Below are positions 16,664-25,806 of a stretch of 64,000 bases of DNA, piece after piece; position 1 is the first letter of the stretch, and each line of letters begins with the position of its first letter. Below the pieces are notes generated by a model that saw only the letters and a program-made list of their open reading frames with translations, ran no database searches and was not told the origin of the DNA. Position numbers and translations under genes: made by a program. This DNA comes from Dehalococcoidia bacterium (GTDB lineage Bacteria; Chloroflexota; Dehalococcoidia; Lucifugimonadales; UBA1123), in NCBI GenBank assembly GCA_963665255.1, contig OY762210.1, forward strand, positions 1,090,866-1,154,865, given 5' to 3'.

Positions 16664-16686
16664 CAGCAGGCAATACGGACAAGACC

Positions 16687-17151
16687 ATGAACATACCCGC
16701 AAACATCCTGGCCGAGATTTACCGACATGCGAGGGAGGACTTCCCCAACGAGTGCTGCGGCTGGCTGATCGGCCCAAGGGACTCCGACAGCGTGGTTCGA
16801 GCGAGACGCGCGGTGAATGCCTATCAACCGTCGGCCCATCCAACCGCTCCCGACCGGACCGCGGAGACCGCATACGTCATCGACGGAGCCGACCTGATCG
16901 AGTTGAACGGCACCATGGACGACGCAGAGCCGCCCCGCATCATCTACCACTCGCACCCTAACGGCAGGGCATACTTCTCAGAGACCGACCGTAAAGTCGC
17001 CACAGACCCATGGGGCGATGGCCCGGTCTACCCCGTTCTGCAATTGGTCATTGGTATAGATGCCGAGCGCGTCGTCGAGGCGCGACTGTTCGATTGGGAC
17101 GACGAGAACGGGTATGTCGAGATTGCCAGTTTCGAAGGGGCCGATATCTAG
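16687..17151 (+). CDS. JAB1/MPN/Mov34 (JAMM) metalloprotease-family protein
   Basis: The motifs NECCGWLIG (ExxG) and HSHPNGRAYFSETD (the JAMM H-x-H-x7-S-x2-D motif) are present. The protein is 154 aa. Confidence 0.8.
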   Translation: MNIPANILAEIYRHAREDFPNECCGWLIGPRDSDSVVRARRAVNAYQPSAHPTAPDRTAETAYVIDGADLIELNGTMDDAEPPRIIYHSHPNGRAYFSETDRKVATDPWGDGPVYPVLQLVIGIDAERVVEARLFDWDDENGYVEIASFEGADI

Positions 17152-18086
17152 AGCACTGACTCCAGGGCCTCTCGCAGCTCTTCCAACGTGCAGAATCCCT
17201 CGAACCTGCTGGCGATCATGCCCTCGCTGTCAACGACGAACGACCACTCGGTGCTAGGTAGGTTCCACTCGCGCACAACCGGCGAGATGACTGCTCTGCC
17301 CAAATCCCCCTGTATCTCGTCCGGATTGTCGTAGAGATCGATGTGGATGAAGTTGGCGCTGTCGGGGAATTCATTCTTCAGGTCCCGAAGCACTTCGACC
17401 TGTGGCCCGCACACGGCGTTCGTGCAGAACGCTGGGCTGGCCATGACGATCACCGTCGGTTTGCCGCTCTCCACGGCGTCCGCGATGGTCACCTGGTAGA
17501 GATCGGGGTCTCGCATGGAGCCTGTGGTTAGCTCCGCCAGACTCGCCACGTCACCCTCGGTGCGATTTACGCTCCTGATTGCAGCGTCACCCAGCGACGG
17601 TGCCTCTGATGCCTCCGGCACTTCGAAGTACAGTCTCGCCCGCTTGGGACTGGCGTCGTCCCCAAGAACGGTAGCCTGGATAGCCCACGCCCCCGCCCGG
17701 TCAAACGTCAGGTGAGTGCTGTAAAGGCCACGTTCGACCAGCGGGAACGGCCTGAATAGCGCAAACGAGGTCTGTACCGGCTCCCCTAGTTCTTCAGCAT
17801 CCGGTTCGAAGAACGACTGAACGGTAGCCGAGGGCGAGTCGACCAGGCCGGTCTGAGACTGCATTGCGAACGCGACCCTGTGCTTGCCCACACCGAGGTC
17901 GGGTGTCGCGAATATAGCCTGAATTCCATCCTCAGATTCAGGTCCATATATGAGCCCTTCGAACGTTAGTGGTTCGTCTTCCTGCTGAGTAACGATTTCA
18001 GGTGCTGGAGGCGAGTCAGACTCACCCGCTGTGGAACAGGCCAGCCCGAGTGCCAGGAGTGACACTATGAATATGACCAGACGCAT
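17148..18086 (-). CDS. Thioredoxin-fold lipoprotein with a CxxxxC motif and an N-terminal beta-rich domain
   Basis: The start at M19 gives MRLVIFIVSLLALGLACS, which contains a lipobox. The C-terminal part reads GKPTVIVMASPAFCTNAVCGPQ...WSFVVDSEGMI. Confidence 0.6.
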   Translation of the reverse strand: MRLVIFIVSLLALGLACSTAGESDSPPAPEIVTQQEDEPLTFEGLIYGPESEDGIQAIFATPDLGVGKHRVAFAMQSQTGLVDSPSATVQSFFEPDAEELGEPVQTSFALFRPFPLVERGLYSTHLTFDRAGAWAIQATVLGDDASPKRARLYFEVPEASEAPSLGDAAIRSVNRTEGDVASLAELTTGSMRDPDLYQVTIADAVESGKPTVIVMASPAFCTNAVCGPQVEVLRDLKNEFPDSANFIHIDLYDNPDEIQGDLGRAVISPVVREWNLPSTEWSFVVDSEGMIASRFEGFCTLEELREALESVL

Positions 18087-18087
18087 G

Positions 18088-19419
18088 TTAAGAGTCTCTC
18101 GCGGGCTCCCCACCTTCGTAGGAACCGAAGGTGAAAGCAAACAGCGTGAAGTCAGGAGAGTTCGACGCTAGCCTCAGCTCGCCTGAGGCGAACTCCTGCT
18201 GGTCGACCAGAAAGTACATTCGCGACTCATCGACCTCTATGTAGCTGCTCCCGTCCGGGCCGTACATAATGTCTTTCCCAGCGCGCTCTTCCGGGATCGG
18301 CCCGTCGTCTAGGTAGACCACGACGTCATACGGGCTGCTCACTCCAGGAGACATGACGGCATTTACGCTGGTTCCCACGAACTTGAGCGCAAGGTAGTCT
18401 TCGAGGTCCGTCGTTTCACGCGCGTGAACCAGGCTCTCCGCCGTGTTCAGCCATAGCCCTTGTAGGTACAGGAAGTGGTTGCGATGCTCGCCCGGGTCCG
18501 TGTACATGACCTCCATGTCTGGCGCCATGTAGTACTCTTCGTGGAGCACGTAGGGCGGCACTCCGCCCGACATTAGCGTTCCATAGTTGCGCTCGTAGCC
18601 CGCGTACAACTCACGAGTTTGTCCATCCGATACGGACTCAGATTCTAAAGCTGCGGAAGCCACTGGCGGCCCCGGGTTCGTATCCGTCGTGATCTCACTC
18701 ACGTCGTAGCCGGCTTCCGTAAGGATTTCGCGTATCATCAGTTCCGTCTCGTCGTACTTGCCCTCTCCGAAGTGTGAGTACCGAATCTTCCCGTTCTGGT
18801 CGATCAGGTACTTCGCGGGCCAGTAGCGGTTGTTGAACGCCCTCCAGGTACCGAAGTCGTTGTCCTGCACTATTGGGTACTCTAGGGCGAACTTGTCGAC
18901 TGCCTCGACGACGTTGTCGTACTCCTCTTCGAACTTGAACTCTGGCGTATGCACCCCAAGTATCACCAGGCCGTGGTCTGCGTACTTCTCGTGCCAGACC
19001 CTCAGATAGGGCAGGGTGCGGATGCAGTTGATGCAGGTGTACGTCCAGAAGTCGACGAGCACCACTTTGCCCTCTTCCTGCATTCCGGCAAGCGTCAACG
19101 GCTCCGAGTTTACCCACCCGCCTGTCTGCCGGAGCTCAGGGGCGTCCTCGTACATGGCGGTATCCACCGTTGGCTCAGGTTCAGGCACTGGTGTTGGAGT
19201 ATCTGGAATGCTCGTGGCTGTGGCAGGGGGAGACGTTGGAGCGGGTGCGACCGTCGGAGGTGCCTGGACGGCCAGCGGGGGACTTGTAACTGCAGCCTCA
19301 GCGGGTGCAGCCGCGTCATCATCGCTCGAGGAGCAGCCCACTGCGACCAACGCAAAGGCGACCAATAAGAGTCCTACTATCATGATTTGCTGCCGGGGGA
19401 TTCTGGACAGGTGGAGCAT
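18088..19419 (-). CDS. TlpA/ResA-like thiol:disulfide oxidoreductase lipoprotein (similar to the DipZ soluble part)
   Basis: The start at M18 gives MLHLSRIPRQQIMIVGLLLVAFALVAVGCSS, which contains a lipobox. The thioredoxin motif is VVLVDFWTYTCINCIRTLP (CxxC), followed by YWPAKYLIDQNGKIR. An extra C-terminal domain of about 200 aa follows. Confidence 0.75.
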   Translation of the reverse strand: MLHLSRIPRQQIMIVGLLLVAFALVAVGCSSSDDDAAAPAEAAVTSPPLAVQAPPTVAPAPTSPPATATSIPDTPTPVPEPEPTVDTAMYEDAPELRQTGGWVNSEPLTLAGMQEEGKVVLVDFWTYTCINCIRTLPYLRVWHEKYADHGLVILGVHTPEFKFEEEYDNVVEAVDKFALEYPIVQDNDFGTWRAFNNRYWPAKYLIDQNGKIRYSHFGEGKYDETELMIREILTEAGYDVSEITTDTNPGPPVASAALESESVSDGQTRELYAGYERNYGTLMSGGVPPYVLHEEYYMAPDMEVMYTDPGEHRNHFLYLQGLWLNTAESLVHARETTDLEDYLALKFVGTSVNAVMSPGVSSPYDVVVYLDDGPIPEERAGKDIMYGPDGSSYIEVDESRMYFLVDQQEFASGELRLASNSPDFTLFAFTFGSYEGGEPARDS

Positions 19420-19631
19420 AAGTACGTCCTGCAATCTCTTTAACTGTTGGCGGGACCGAATTGCGGCCACCGCTGTCTCTGGTTACGCAATTGTTAGATG
19501 TGTCGGTTTCACCAAGCGATTCAGCCTCACGTGACCTGTATCCGCCTCTGTCGTTGATTGGCCGGTTTAGTGACGTTAACATGAGCCGCAGATGCAATGT
19601 AAACAACTTAGTTTATTGGAGGAATCGTAAC

Positions 19632-20522
19632 ATGAAGGTCGGATTCGTCGGCGTCGGTTTCATGGGGCGCCACATGGCACGCAACGTGCTGAACGGCGGA
19701 CATGAGATGAAGGTGTACGACTTGAACAGGGAAGCAGCCGACGAGGTCCTGTCCCTGGGCGCGACCTGGGCGGGCAGCCCACGTGAGGCCGCTGAAGGCA
19801 GCGAGGTCATTTTCACGTCGCTGCCAACTCCACAGGTCGTAGAGGAAGTAGCCTCTGGAGAGGGCGGAGTGCTCAGTGGTGCGGCCAGGGGAAGCGCGCT
19901 CTTTGACCTCAGCACCACAGACCCCACCACTATTCAGCGCATCGCCAGTCGTGCTGAGGCAAGCGGCATCCATGTTTTGGATGCCCCCGTATCAGGCGGC
20001 ACACCTGGAGCCGAAGCAGCCACCCTGTGCGTGATGGTCGGTGGAGATCGTGAAACGTACGACAGGTTCAAGCCGGTGCTCGACCGAATCGGCGACAAGG
20101 TCATGTACTGCGGTGAACTCGGATCAGGGGCGGTCTGCAAGATAGTCAACAATCTGGTGGGATTGAGCGTGGGTGTGCTGCTCTCCGAGGCCTTCTCGAT
20201 GGGTGTCAAGTGGGGAGTCGACGCCCAGACGCTGTACGAAGCCGTCTCCGGCAGTTCTGGTAACACAAACTCAATGCACAGCTTCCCAAACGGCATCTTC
20301 AAGCGAAACTTCGAACCCGGATTCGCACTCGACCTCGCTGCCAAGGACGTCGGGCTTGCCACCCAGCTCGGACGTGAGCTGAGCGTCCCGATGGAGATGT
20401 CCAACATTGCCCAGCAGCGCTACATCAGCGGACAGAATCGCGGATTTGGCCGCTTGGCTGCAGGAGCGGTTGCGATGGTCCAGGAGGAGAGAGCCGGGGT
20501 CGAGATTGCTCCCAAGCAGTAG
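19632..20522 (+). CDS. NAD(P)-dependent 3-hydroxyisobutyrate dehydrogenase / beta-hydroxyacid dehydrogenase family
   Basis: The sequence MKVGFVGVGFMGRHMARN shows a Rossmann fold. DAPVSGG and the catalytic region ...GSGAVCKIVNN are also present. The SD is GGAGGAA. Confidence 0.8.
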   Translation: MKVGFVGVGFMGRHMARNVLNGGHEMKVYDLNREAADEVLSLGATWAGSPREAAEGSEVIFTSLPTPQVVEEVASGEGGVLSGAARGSALFDLSTTDPTTIQRIASRAEASGIHVLDAPVSGGTPGAEAATLCVMVGGDRETYDRFKPVLDRIGDKVMYCGELGSGAVCKIVNNLVGLSVGVLLSEAFSMGVKWGVDAQTLYEAVSGSSGNTNSMHSFPNGIFKRNFEPGFALDLAAKDVGLATQLGRELSVPMEMSNIAQQRYISGQNRGFGRLAAGAVAMVQEERAGVEIAPKQ

Positions 20523-20548
20523 AATCTTTCAGGAATTTTGACCCGAAA

Positions 20549-20584
20549 CGCGCTATGACCGTGTGAGTAACGCATAACTAGAAT
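20549..20584 (+). promoter_or_regulatory. Candidate promoter whose -10 (TAGAAT, 20579-20584) ends 7 nt before the M16 peptidase ATG; possible leaderless mRNA
   Basis: TAGAAT is followed by ttgtgcg and then the ATG at 20592, with no SD in between. A weak -35 (ATGACC) lies 18 nt upstream. Confidence 0.3.
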
Positions 20585-20591
20585 TTGTGCG

Positions 20592-21881
20592 ATGAATTCA
20601 CTAACTGTGCCCTCACAACGGTATGAGCAGACGACACTGGCCAATGGACTACGTGTCGTCTCATGTGAAATGCCCCACACCCGGTCTGTGGCTATCTCTG
20701 TTTACGTGGGTGTCGGCTCAAGGTACGAGCCTGATGATCAGGCTGGCGTCTCTCATTTCGTTGAACACATGGCGTTCAAGGGAACGGAACGCCGGCCCGA
20801 TCCTGTCGACATCAGCGCCCAGATCGAGTCCACCGGCGGGATGATAAACGCCGGTACCGAGCAGGAGCTTACGGTCTACTGGTGTAAGGTCGCCCAGCCG
20901 TACTTCTGCGCGAGCATGGACCTTATTCTGGATATGCTGCGCAATTCGCTCTGCAGACCGGAAGACATTGAAAAAGAGCGGCAGGTCATCCACGAAGAGC
21001 TTGCCATGATCAACGACTACCCGGCATCACGGGTTGACTCGCTCATCGACCAGATGCTTTGGCCTGATCATCCGCTGGGGAGAGACGTCGGCGGCTCCCA
21101 CGAATCTGTCGACGGCATTGACCGTGACATGATCGTCAAGCACATGAAAGAGTACTACACGCCCTCTAACACAGTGGTAAGTGTGGCCGGCAGCGTTCCG
21201 CACTCAGAAGTCGTCGAACAGGTGGAGAGGCTGTCCTGGGACTGGCCGGGTGGTGTACCAACTCCTCCTGCCCCAGCTGTGAGTCACCAGCAGCAGTCCC
21301 AGCTCAGGCTCGAGTACAGGAAGACTGAACAGATCCATCTTTCAATAGCTCTGCCTGGACTCGCCCTCGACGACCCGGACATCTACGCGCTGGACCTCCT
21401 GAGCGTGATCCTGGGAGAGGGTATGAGCAGCAGGCTCTTTGTGGAATTGCGTGAGAATCGGGGCCTAGCTTATGACGTGCACAGCGGCGTCTCTCACTTC
21501 AGGGACACCGGCGCATTCATCATCACGGCAGGTGTCGATCCCTCAAGCGCTTACGAAGCCGTGCCCGCGATCCTGGAGCAGGTTGCTTCGGTCCGTGATG
21601 GGATAGACGAGCGGGAAGTGGACCGGGCGAAGCAGCTAGTGGCCGGCCGGCTCATGCTGCGAATGGAAGACACCCGAGCTGTGTCGGCATGGATGGGTAG
21701 TCAGGAGTCGGTCCGTGGAGAGATTCTCGACGTGGACCACGTCGTTGAGCGGGTCAATGCCGTGACGATCGAAGACCTCTGCCGGGTAGCCTCTCAGAAT
21801 CTGATCGACGACCACCTCAATCTTGCCGTAGTTGGACCGTGCCGGGGACACAAGCGCCTGTCCAAGTTGCTGAAGTTCTAG
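20592..21881 (+). CDS. M16-family zinc peptidase (insulinase/pitrilysin-like)
   Basis: The inverted zinc motif HFVEHMAFKGT (HxxEH) and the downstream E are present. The two-domain length is 429 aa. Confidence 0.85.
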   Translation: MNSLTVPSQRYEQTTLANGLRVVSCEMPHTRSVAISVYVGVGSRYEPDDQAGVSHFVEHMAFKGTERRPDPVDISAQIESTGGMINAGTEQELTVYWCKVAQPYFCASMDLILDMLRNSLCRPEDIEKERQVIHEELAMINDYPASRVDSLIDQMLWPDHPLGRDVGGSHESVDGIDRDMIVKHMKEYYTPSNTVVSVAGSVPHSEVVEQVERLSWDWPGGVPTPPAPAVSHQQQSQLRLEYRKTEQIHLSIALPGLALDDPDIYALDLLSVILGEGMSSRLFVELRENRGLAYDVHSGVSHFRDTGAFIITAGVDPSSAYEAVPAILEQVASVRDGIDEREVDRAKQLVAGRLMLRMEDTRAVSAWMGSQESVRGEILDVDHVVERVNAVTIEDLCRVASQNLIDDHLNLAVVGPCRGHKRLSKLLKF

Positions 21882-21884
21882 CCT

Positions 21885-22730
21885 TTACTCGCTGCTTCCC
21901 CGGTAGTCGCTGAACGGGCTGTCTCTCCACTCCAGAGCGGACTTCAGTCCCTCTTCCCTGGCCATCCGGCTGAATTCCTTCACGATCGGAGCCTGGTGGG
22001 CGATCGCGTCTGTCTCAGCCGCGATGTGCTGAAGGGTCGTGCGCCCCATCAGGTCCATCGCCTTGTTGACGATGCTCTTGTTAGCCGCGAGAAGCTCCCA
22101 GGGGATCCTCGCCATCGTTCGAGCGAGGTCTTCTACCGCCGCGTCCAGACCCTCTCCGGGTACCGACTTCCAGACAAGTCCGAGTTCCTCGGCTCGGGTT
22201 CCGGACACTGACTCCCCGGTCAGCAGGAACCACTTTGCCCACTGCGGTCCCACCATGTAGGTCCACATGTGTGTCGGTGGCGTGCCCATCGAGCGCACCG
22301 GCGGAAAGCCGATCTGCGAGTCGTCTGCAGCTATGATGATGTCGCAGTGCATCGCAAGGTCGGTCCCGCCTGCGATGCAGTAGCCATGCACCCCGGCGAT
22401 CACCGGCTTGCTGAGATTCAGGATGCTGTTCATCGTGTTCGGAGTGCGCTTCATCCGGTGGATGTCTGAGCGAATGTTGTCCCTCTGCTCCTGCGCCGCC
22501 GCCTGAGCCTCCGGCGTCGATGGCGGCGTGATGTCGTATCCTGCACAGAACGCCCTGCCATTGCCGCGCAGTGTCATTACCCTAACTTCCGGGTCGTCGT
22601 CTGCGCGTTCCAGGCAGTCCACAAGCTCGTCCTGGAGTTCGCGGCTGAGCGCGTTCAGCTTCTCCGGCCTGTTGAGTCGCACCCGCCCAATTCCGTTAGA
22701 CGCCTCGTACTCGATGAACTGGTAACTCAT
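21885..22730 (-). CDS. Enoyl-CoA hydratase/isomerase (crotonase) family
   Basis: The start at M19 gives MSYQFIEYEASNGIGRVRLNRPEKLNAL...GRAFCAGYDI...GYCIAGG. Confidence 0.85.
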   Translation of the reverse strand: MSYQFIEYEASNGIGRVRLNRPEKLNALSRELQDELVDCLERADDDPEVRVMTLRGNGRAFCAGYDITPPSTPEAQAAAQEQRDNIRSDIHRMKRTPNTMNSILNLSKPVIAGVHGYCIAGGTDLAMHCDIIIAADDSQIGFPPVRSMGTPPTHMWTYMVGPQWAKWFLLTGESVSGTRAEELGLVWKSVPGEGLDAAVEDLARTMARIPWELLAANKSIVNKAMDLMGRTTLQHIAAETDAIAHQAPIVKEFSRMAREEGLKSALEWRDSPFSDYRGSSE

Positions 22731-22746
22731 TCTTGCCTCCCGGTTT

Positions 22747-23844
22747 CTATACGTTGAATAGGACGTGCACCACGTCTCCGTCATTGACGACGTAGTCCTT
22801 GCCTTCCTGTCGCAGCACTCCCTGCCTCTTTGACTCAGCCTCGCTTCCCCACTTCTTCAGGTCATCGTAGGCCACGACCTCGGCTCTTATAAATCCTCGC
22901 TCCATATCGGAGTGAATTGCGCCGGCTGCGCGGGAGGCTGAGTCCCCGTTCGTGATGGTCCACGCGCGGACATCTTTCGGCCCTCCCGTGAAGAACGTGA
23001 TCTGGTCGAGCGCCTGGTAGGAGAGCCTTACCATCCTGTCCAGTCCCGATTCACCCACAGCCAGCGACTCGCGGAATTCAGCCTCGTCTTCTGCAGACAT
23101 CTGGGCGAGCTCCATTTCCAGGCTCCCGATCAGGACTGCCGTCAACACATCGCCTTCAGCAATCTCTGAATCCAGTCGCTCCTGGATCTCATCGACCTCG
23201 TCGACCTGATCCTCTCCCGCGTTCACCACGACGATCACGGGCTTGGCGGTGAGGAACTGGAACTCTTTAACTCGTCTGTGCTCATCTGTACTCAGCCGGT
23301 GATTTCGGATGGGCACTCCGGACTCGAGCCCTTCCTTGAGGACGGACAACAGAGCCCGCTCCCTGATCAGTGTGTCCTTATCGCCTGACCGAGCACCCTT
23401 GCTGTTCTGGTCGATTCGCTCGATTCGACGGTCCAGTATCTCAAGGTCTGCAAACGTCAGCTCATAGAGCATGGTCTCGATGTCGCGAAACGCATCGACT
23501 CCATCACCACCGTCAGGTACTGAAGGGTCCTCAAAGCCTCTTGCGACTATCACCAGGGCGTCAGCGGTCTGTAGCTGGTTCAGGTACACGCCGGACACGC
23601 CTCGGGTCTTTCCCAGACCTTCTGGTGCAGCGGGAAGATCGACGTAGGTTATCTCTGCCTGCGTCGTCCTGGTTGGCTGATAGATCTCAGTTAACGTGCC
23701 CAGCCTGCCATCCGGGACTTTGGCAACCCCAATGTTGGGCCTGGAACTGGAGGTGTACTGCGCGACCTGGGCCGATCCCCTGGTGGCAGCGTTAAAGATA
23801 GTAGTCTTGCCGCTGTAGGGCAGTCCGATTATCGTGATCTGCAT
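22747..23844 (-). CDS. ychF: Ribosome-binding ATPase YchF (Obg-like GTPase family)
   Basis: Motifs include IGLPYSGKTTIFNA (G1), a central coiled-coil insert, and the C-terminal TGS domain FIRAEV...G..R.EGKDYVV.DGDV..F. Confidence 0.9.
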   Translation of the reverse strand: MQITIIGLPYSGKTTIFNAATRGSAQVAQYTSSSRPNIGVAKVPDGRLGTLTEIYQPTRTTQAEITYVDLPAAPEGLGKTRGVSGVYLNQLQTADALVIVARGFEDPSVPDGGDGVDAFRDIETMLYELTFADLEILDRRIERIDQNSKGARSGDKDTLIRERALLSVLKEGLESGVPIRNHRLSTDEHRRVKEFQFLTAKPVIVVVNAGEDQVDEVDEIQERLDSEIAEGDVLTAVLIGSLEMELAQMSAEDEAEFRESLAVGESGLDRMVRLSYQALDQITFFTGGPKDVRAWTITNGDSASRAAGAIHSDMERGFIRAEVVAYDDLKKWGSEAESKRQGVLRQEGKDYVVNDGDVVHVLFNV

Positions 23845-23862
23845 GTGGTCAGATGCGCTGCC

Positions 23863-24210
23863 TCATTCGTCGTCGAGTCTCCTGTACTCGCCGTCGATCA
23901 CTCTCTTGCCCTTGCCAGCGTCGTGCCTTGTTCCTTCCTGCGGCGGAGAACCGGAGGCTTCCATTAGCACTTCTCTCGGAGATAGAAGCATGAACATCAT
24001 TCCCGCCAGGACCAGTACAAGGAGGTCGTCCAGCCTACCGATACCCCACGGAATGAAGTCGGGAACAAGGTCGATCGGCAGGATAATGTACGCAACTGCT
24101 GCCGGCAGCAGTAACTTGAGCCTAAGCGGTACGCGACTATCGATCATCAGCCTGAATAGAATTCTCGGGATGCCCGTCATGCTTAACAGGTAGAACAGGC
24201 CACGTAGCAT
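23863..24210 (-). CDS. DUF1232 (YkvA-like) membrane protein
   Basis: The characteristic string YIILPIDLVPDFIPWGIGRLDDLLVL is present. Confidence 0.65.
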   Translation of the reverse strand: MLRGLFYLLSMTGIPRILFRLMIDSRVPLRLKLLLPAAVAYIILPIDLVPDFIPWGIGRLDDLLVLVLAGMMFMLLSPREVLMEASGSPPQEGTRHDAGKGKRVIDGEYRRLDDE

Positions 24211-24358
24211 AAGACACCCCTTTCAGTTTCTTATACAGATTATAGCTGCATCCGGGCCGCAGGGGAATCGAATCACACTTCGCCTTGCCCGCCCCAGTAG
24301 TCGACCAATACAATTTAACTAACCCCCACCCATCTGTGAGAGAGGGAGTACCCATCCA

Positions 24359-25603
24359 ATGACCACGCTCCGGGAGAGTGACCCGCAGATCGCCGAGGCC
24401 ATCGAGGGCGAGATTCGCAGGCAGCGAGAGAACATAAACCTCATTGCCTCAGAGAACTACGCCAGTCGCGCCATCCTAGAGGCCCAGGGCTCGGTGATGA
24501 CCAACAAGTACGCTGAGGGTTACCCCGGAAGGCGTTACTACGGCGGCTGCGAGTTCATCGACGTGGCGGAGAGCCTGGCCATCCAGAGAGCCAAAGAGCT
24601 CTTCGGAGTCGACCACGCAAACGTGCAGCCCCACTCCGGCGCTCAGGCCAACATGGCCGCCTACTTCGCCACGATCCAGCCTGGCGACACCGTGATGGGG
24701 CTGAGCCTCGATCACGGCGGCCACCTAACCCACGGCAGCTCCGTCAACTTTTCCAACAAGCTGTACGAATTCGTGCCCTACACGGTCGATCGAGAGTTGG
24801 AACTGATCGACTACGACGAAGTACGCCGCCTGGCACAGGAACACCGTCCCAAGATCATCGTCAGCGGCGCGACCGCGTACACCCGCACTATCGAGTTCGA
24901 TAAGTTCCGTGAGATCGCCGACGAAGTAGACGCGATCCTCATGGCCGACATCGCCCATATCGCCGGACTCATTGCCGCTGGAGAACATCCATCGCCTGCC
25001 GGTCACGCCCAAATGATAACGTCCACGACCCACAAGACCCTGAGAGGGGCTCGCGGGGGTATGGTCCTGTGCGATTCAGACCTCGCCCGCAATGTGGACC
25101 GTGCCGTCTTCCCCAACGCACAGGGAGGTCCCCTGCAACACGCCGTGGCAGCCAAGGCAGTCACGTTCGGTGAGGCGATGACCGACGAGTTCGCCGCCTA
25201 CCAGCAGCAGGTTCGCGCGAACGCCAACGCATTGGGTGAGGCGCTGACCAATGGCGGCCTCAGGCTAGTCTCTGGCGGGACCGACAATCACATGGTGCTG
25301 GTCGACCTGCGTCCCCTGGACGTCACTGGACGCCAGGCTGAAGAGGCCCTGGGGCGTGCCAACATCGTCGTTAACCGTAACGCCATTCCTTACGATCCGA
25401 AGCCACCCCGTGTCGCAAGCGGTGTCCGGCTCGGGGCCGCGGCGATTACCAGCAGAGGGTTGAAGGAGAACGACACCCGTAAGATCGGCGAGCTAATCCT
25501 GAGAGTCCTCAACGATATCGGCAACGAGTCAGTTGAATCTCAGGTGCGAGACGAAGTGCTCGAAATGGCACCCAGGTTCCCAATTCCCGGCATCGATTTC
25601 TAA
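24359..25603 (+). CDS. glyA: Serine hydroxymethyltransferase
   Basis: Motifs are LIASENYASRAILEAQGSVMTNKYAEGYPGRRYYGG and the PLP lysine region TSTTHKTLRG. The protein is 414 aa. Confidence 0.97.
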   Translation: MTTLRESDPQIAEAIEGEIRRQRENINLIASENYASRAILEAQGSVMTNKYAEGYPGRRYYGGCEFIDVAESLAIQRAKELFGVDHANVQPHSGAQANMAAYFATIQPGDTVMGLSLDHGGHLTHGSSVNFSNKLYEFVPYTVDRELELIDYDEVRRLAQEHRPKIIVSGATAYTRTIEFDKFREIADEVDAILMADIAHIAGLIAAGEHPSPAGHAQMITSTTHKTLRGARGGMVLCDSDLARNVDRAVFPNAQGGPLQHAVAAKAVTFGEAMTDEFAAYQQQVRANANALGEALTNGGLRLVSGGTDNHMVLVDLRPLDVTGRQAEEALGRANIVVNRNAIPYDPKPPRVASGVRLGAAAITSRGLKENDTRKIGELILRVLNDIGNESVESQVRDEVLEMAPRFPIPGIDF

Positions 25604-25660
25604 CTGATTAGGCGCCAGCCTTCCGCAAGACTTTCACTTCTGTCGAGGCGTCTCATCGCA

Positions 25661-25689
25661 TTCAGACGGGCAGGGGTGTCTGTTAGAAT
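25661..25689 (+). promoter_or_regulatory. Candidate promoter TTCAGA-17 nt-TAGAAT with extended TG
   Basis: TTCAGA lies at 25661-25666 and TGtTAGAAT at 25681-25689. This leaves a leader of about 115 nt before the TTG start at 25807. Confidence 0.45.
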
Positions 25690-25806
25690 CGACCGAGTCG
25701 GACTATAGCGTGGCAAAATGGCCATCAGTCAGGCTGGGAGCGAACCTTTGCGAAGTTTGGCAGGGCTCACAACAGGTGTCCCTTCGACTAGTGTCGAGGC
25801 TCTAAC

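Noticed and set aside
24211-24358. Possible ZTP or THF riboswitch in the glyA 5' leader (CCGGGCCGCAGGGGA ... CCCGCCCCAG)
   Set aside because: I could not find the conserved ZTP elements (ACTGGCG/ACTGACGG and CCGCCTGGGC) or THF-type core sequences on either strand. The resemblance is only GC-rich fragments. A covariance-model scan (RF01750, RF01831) would settle it.
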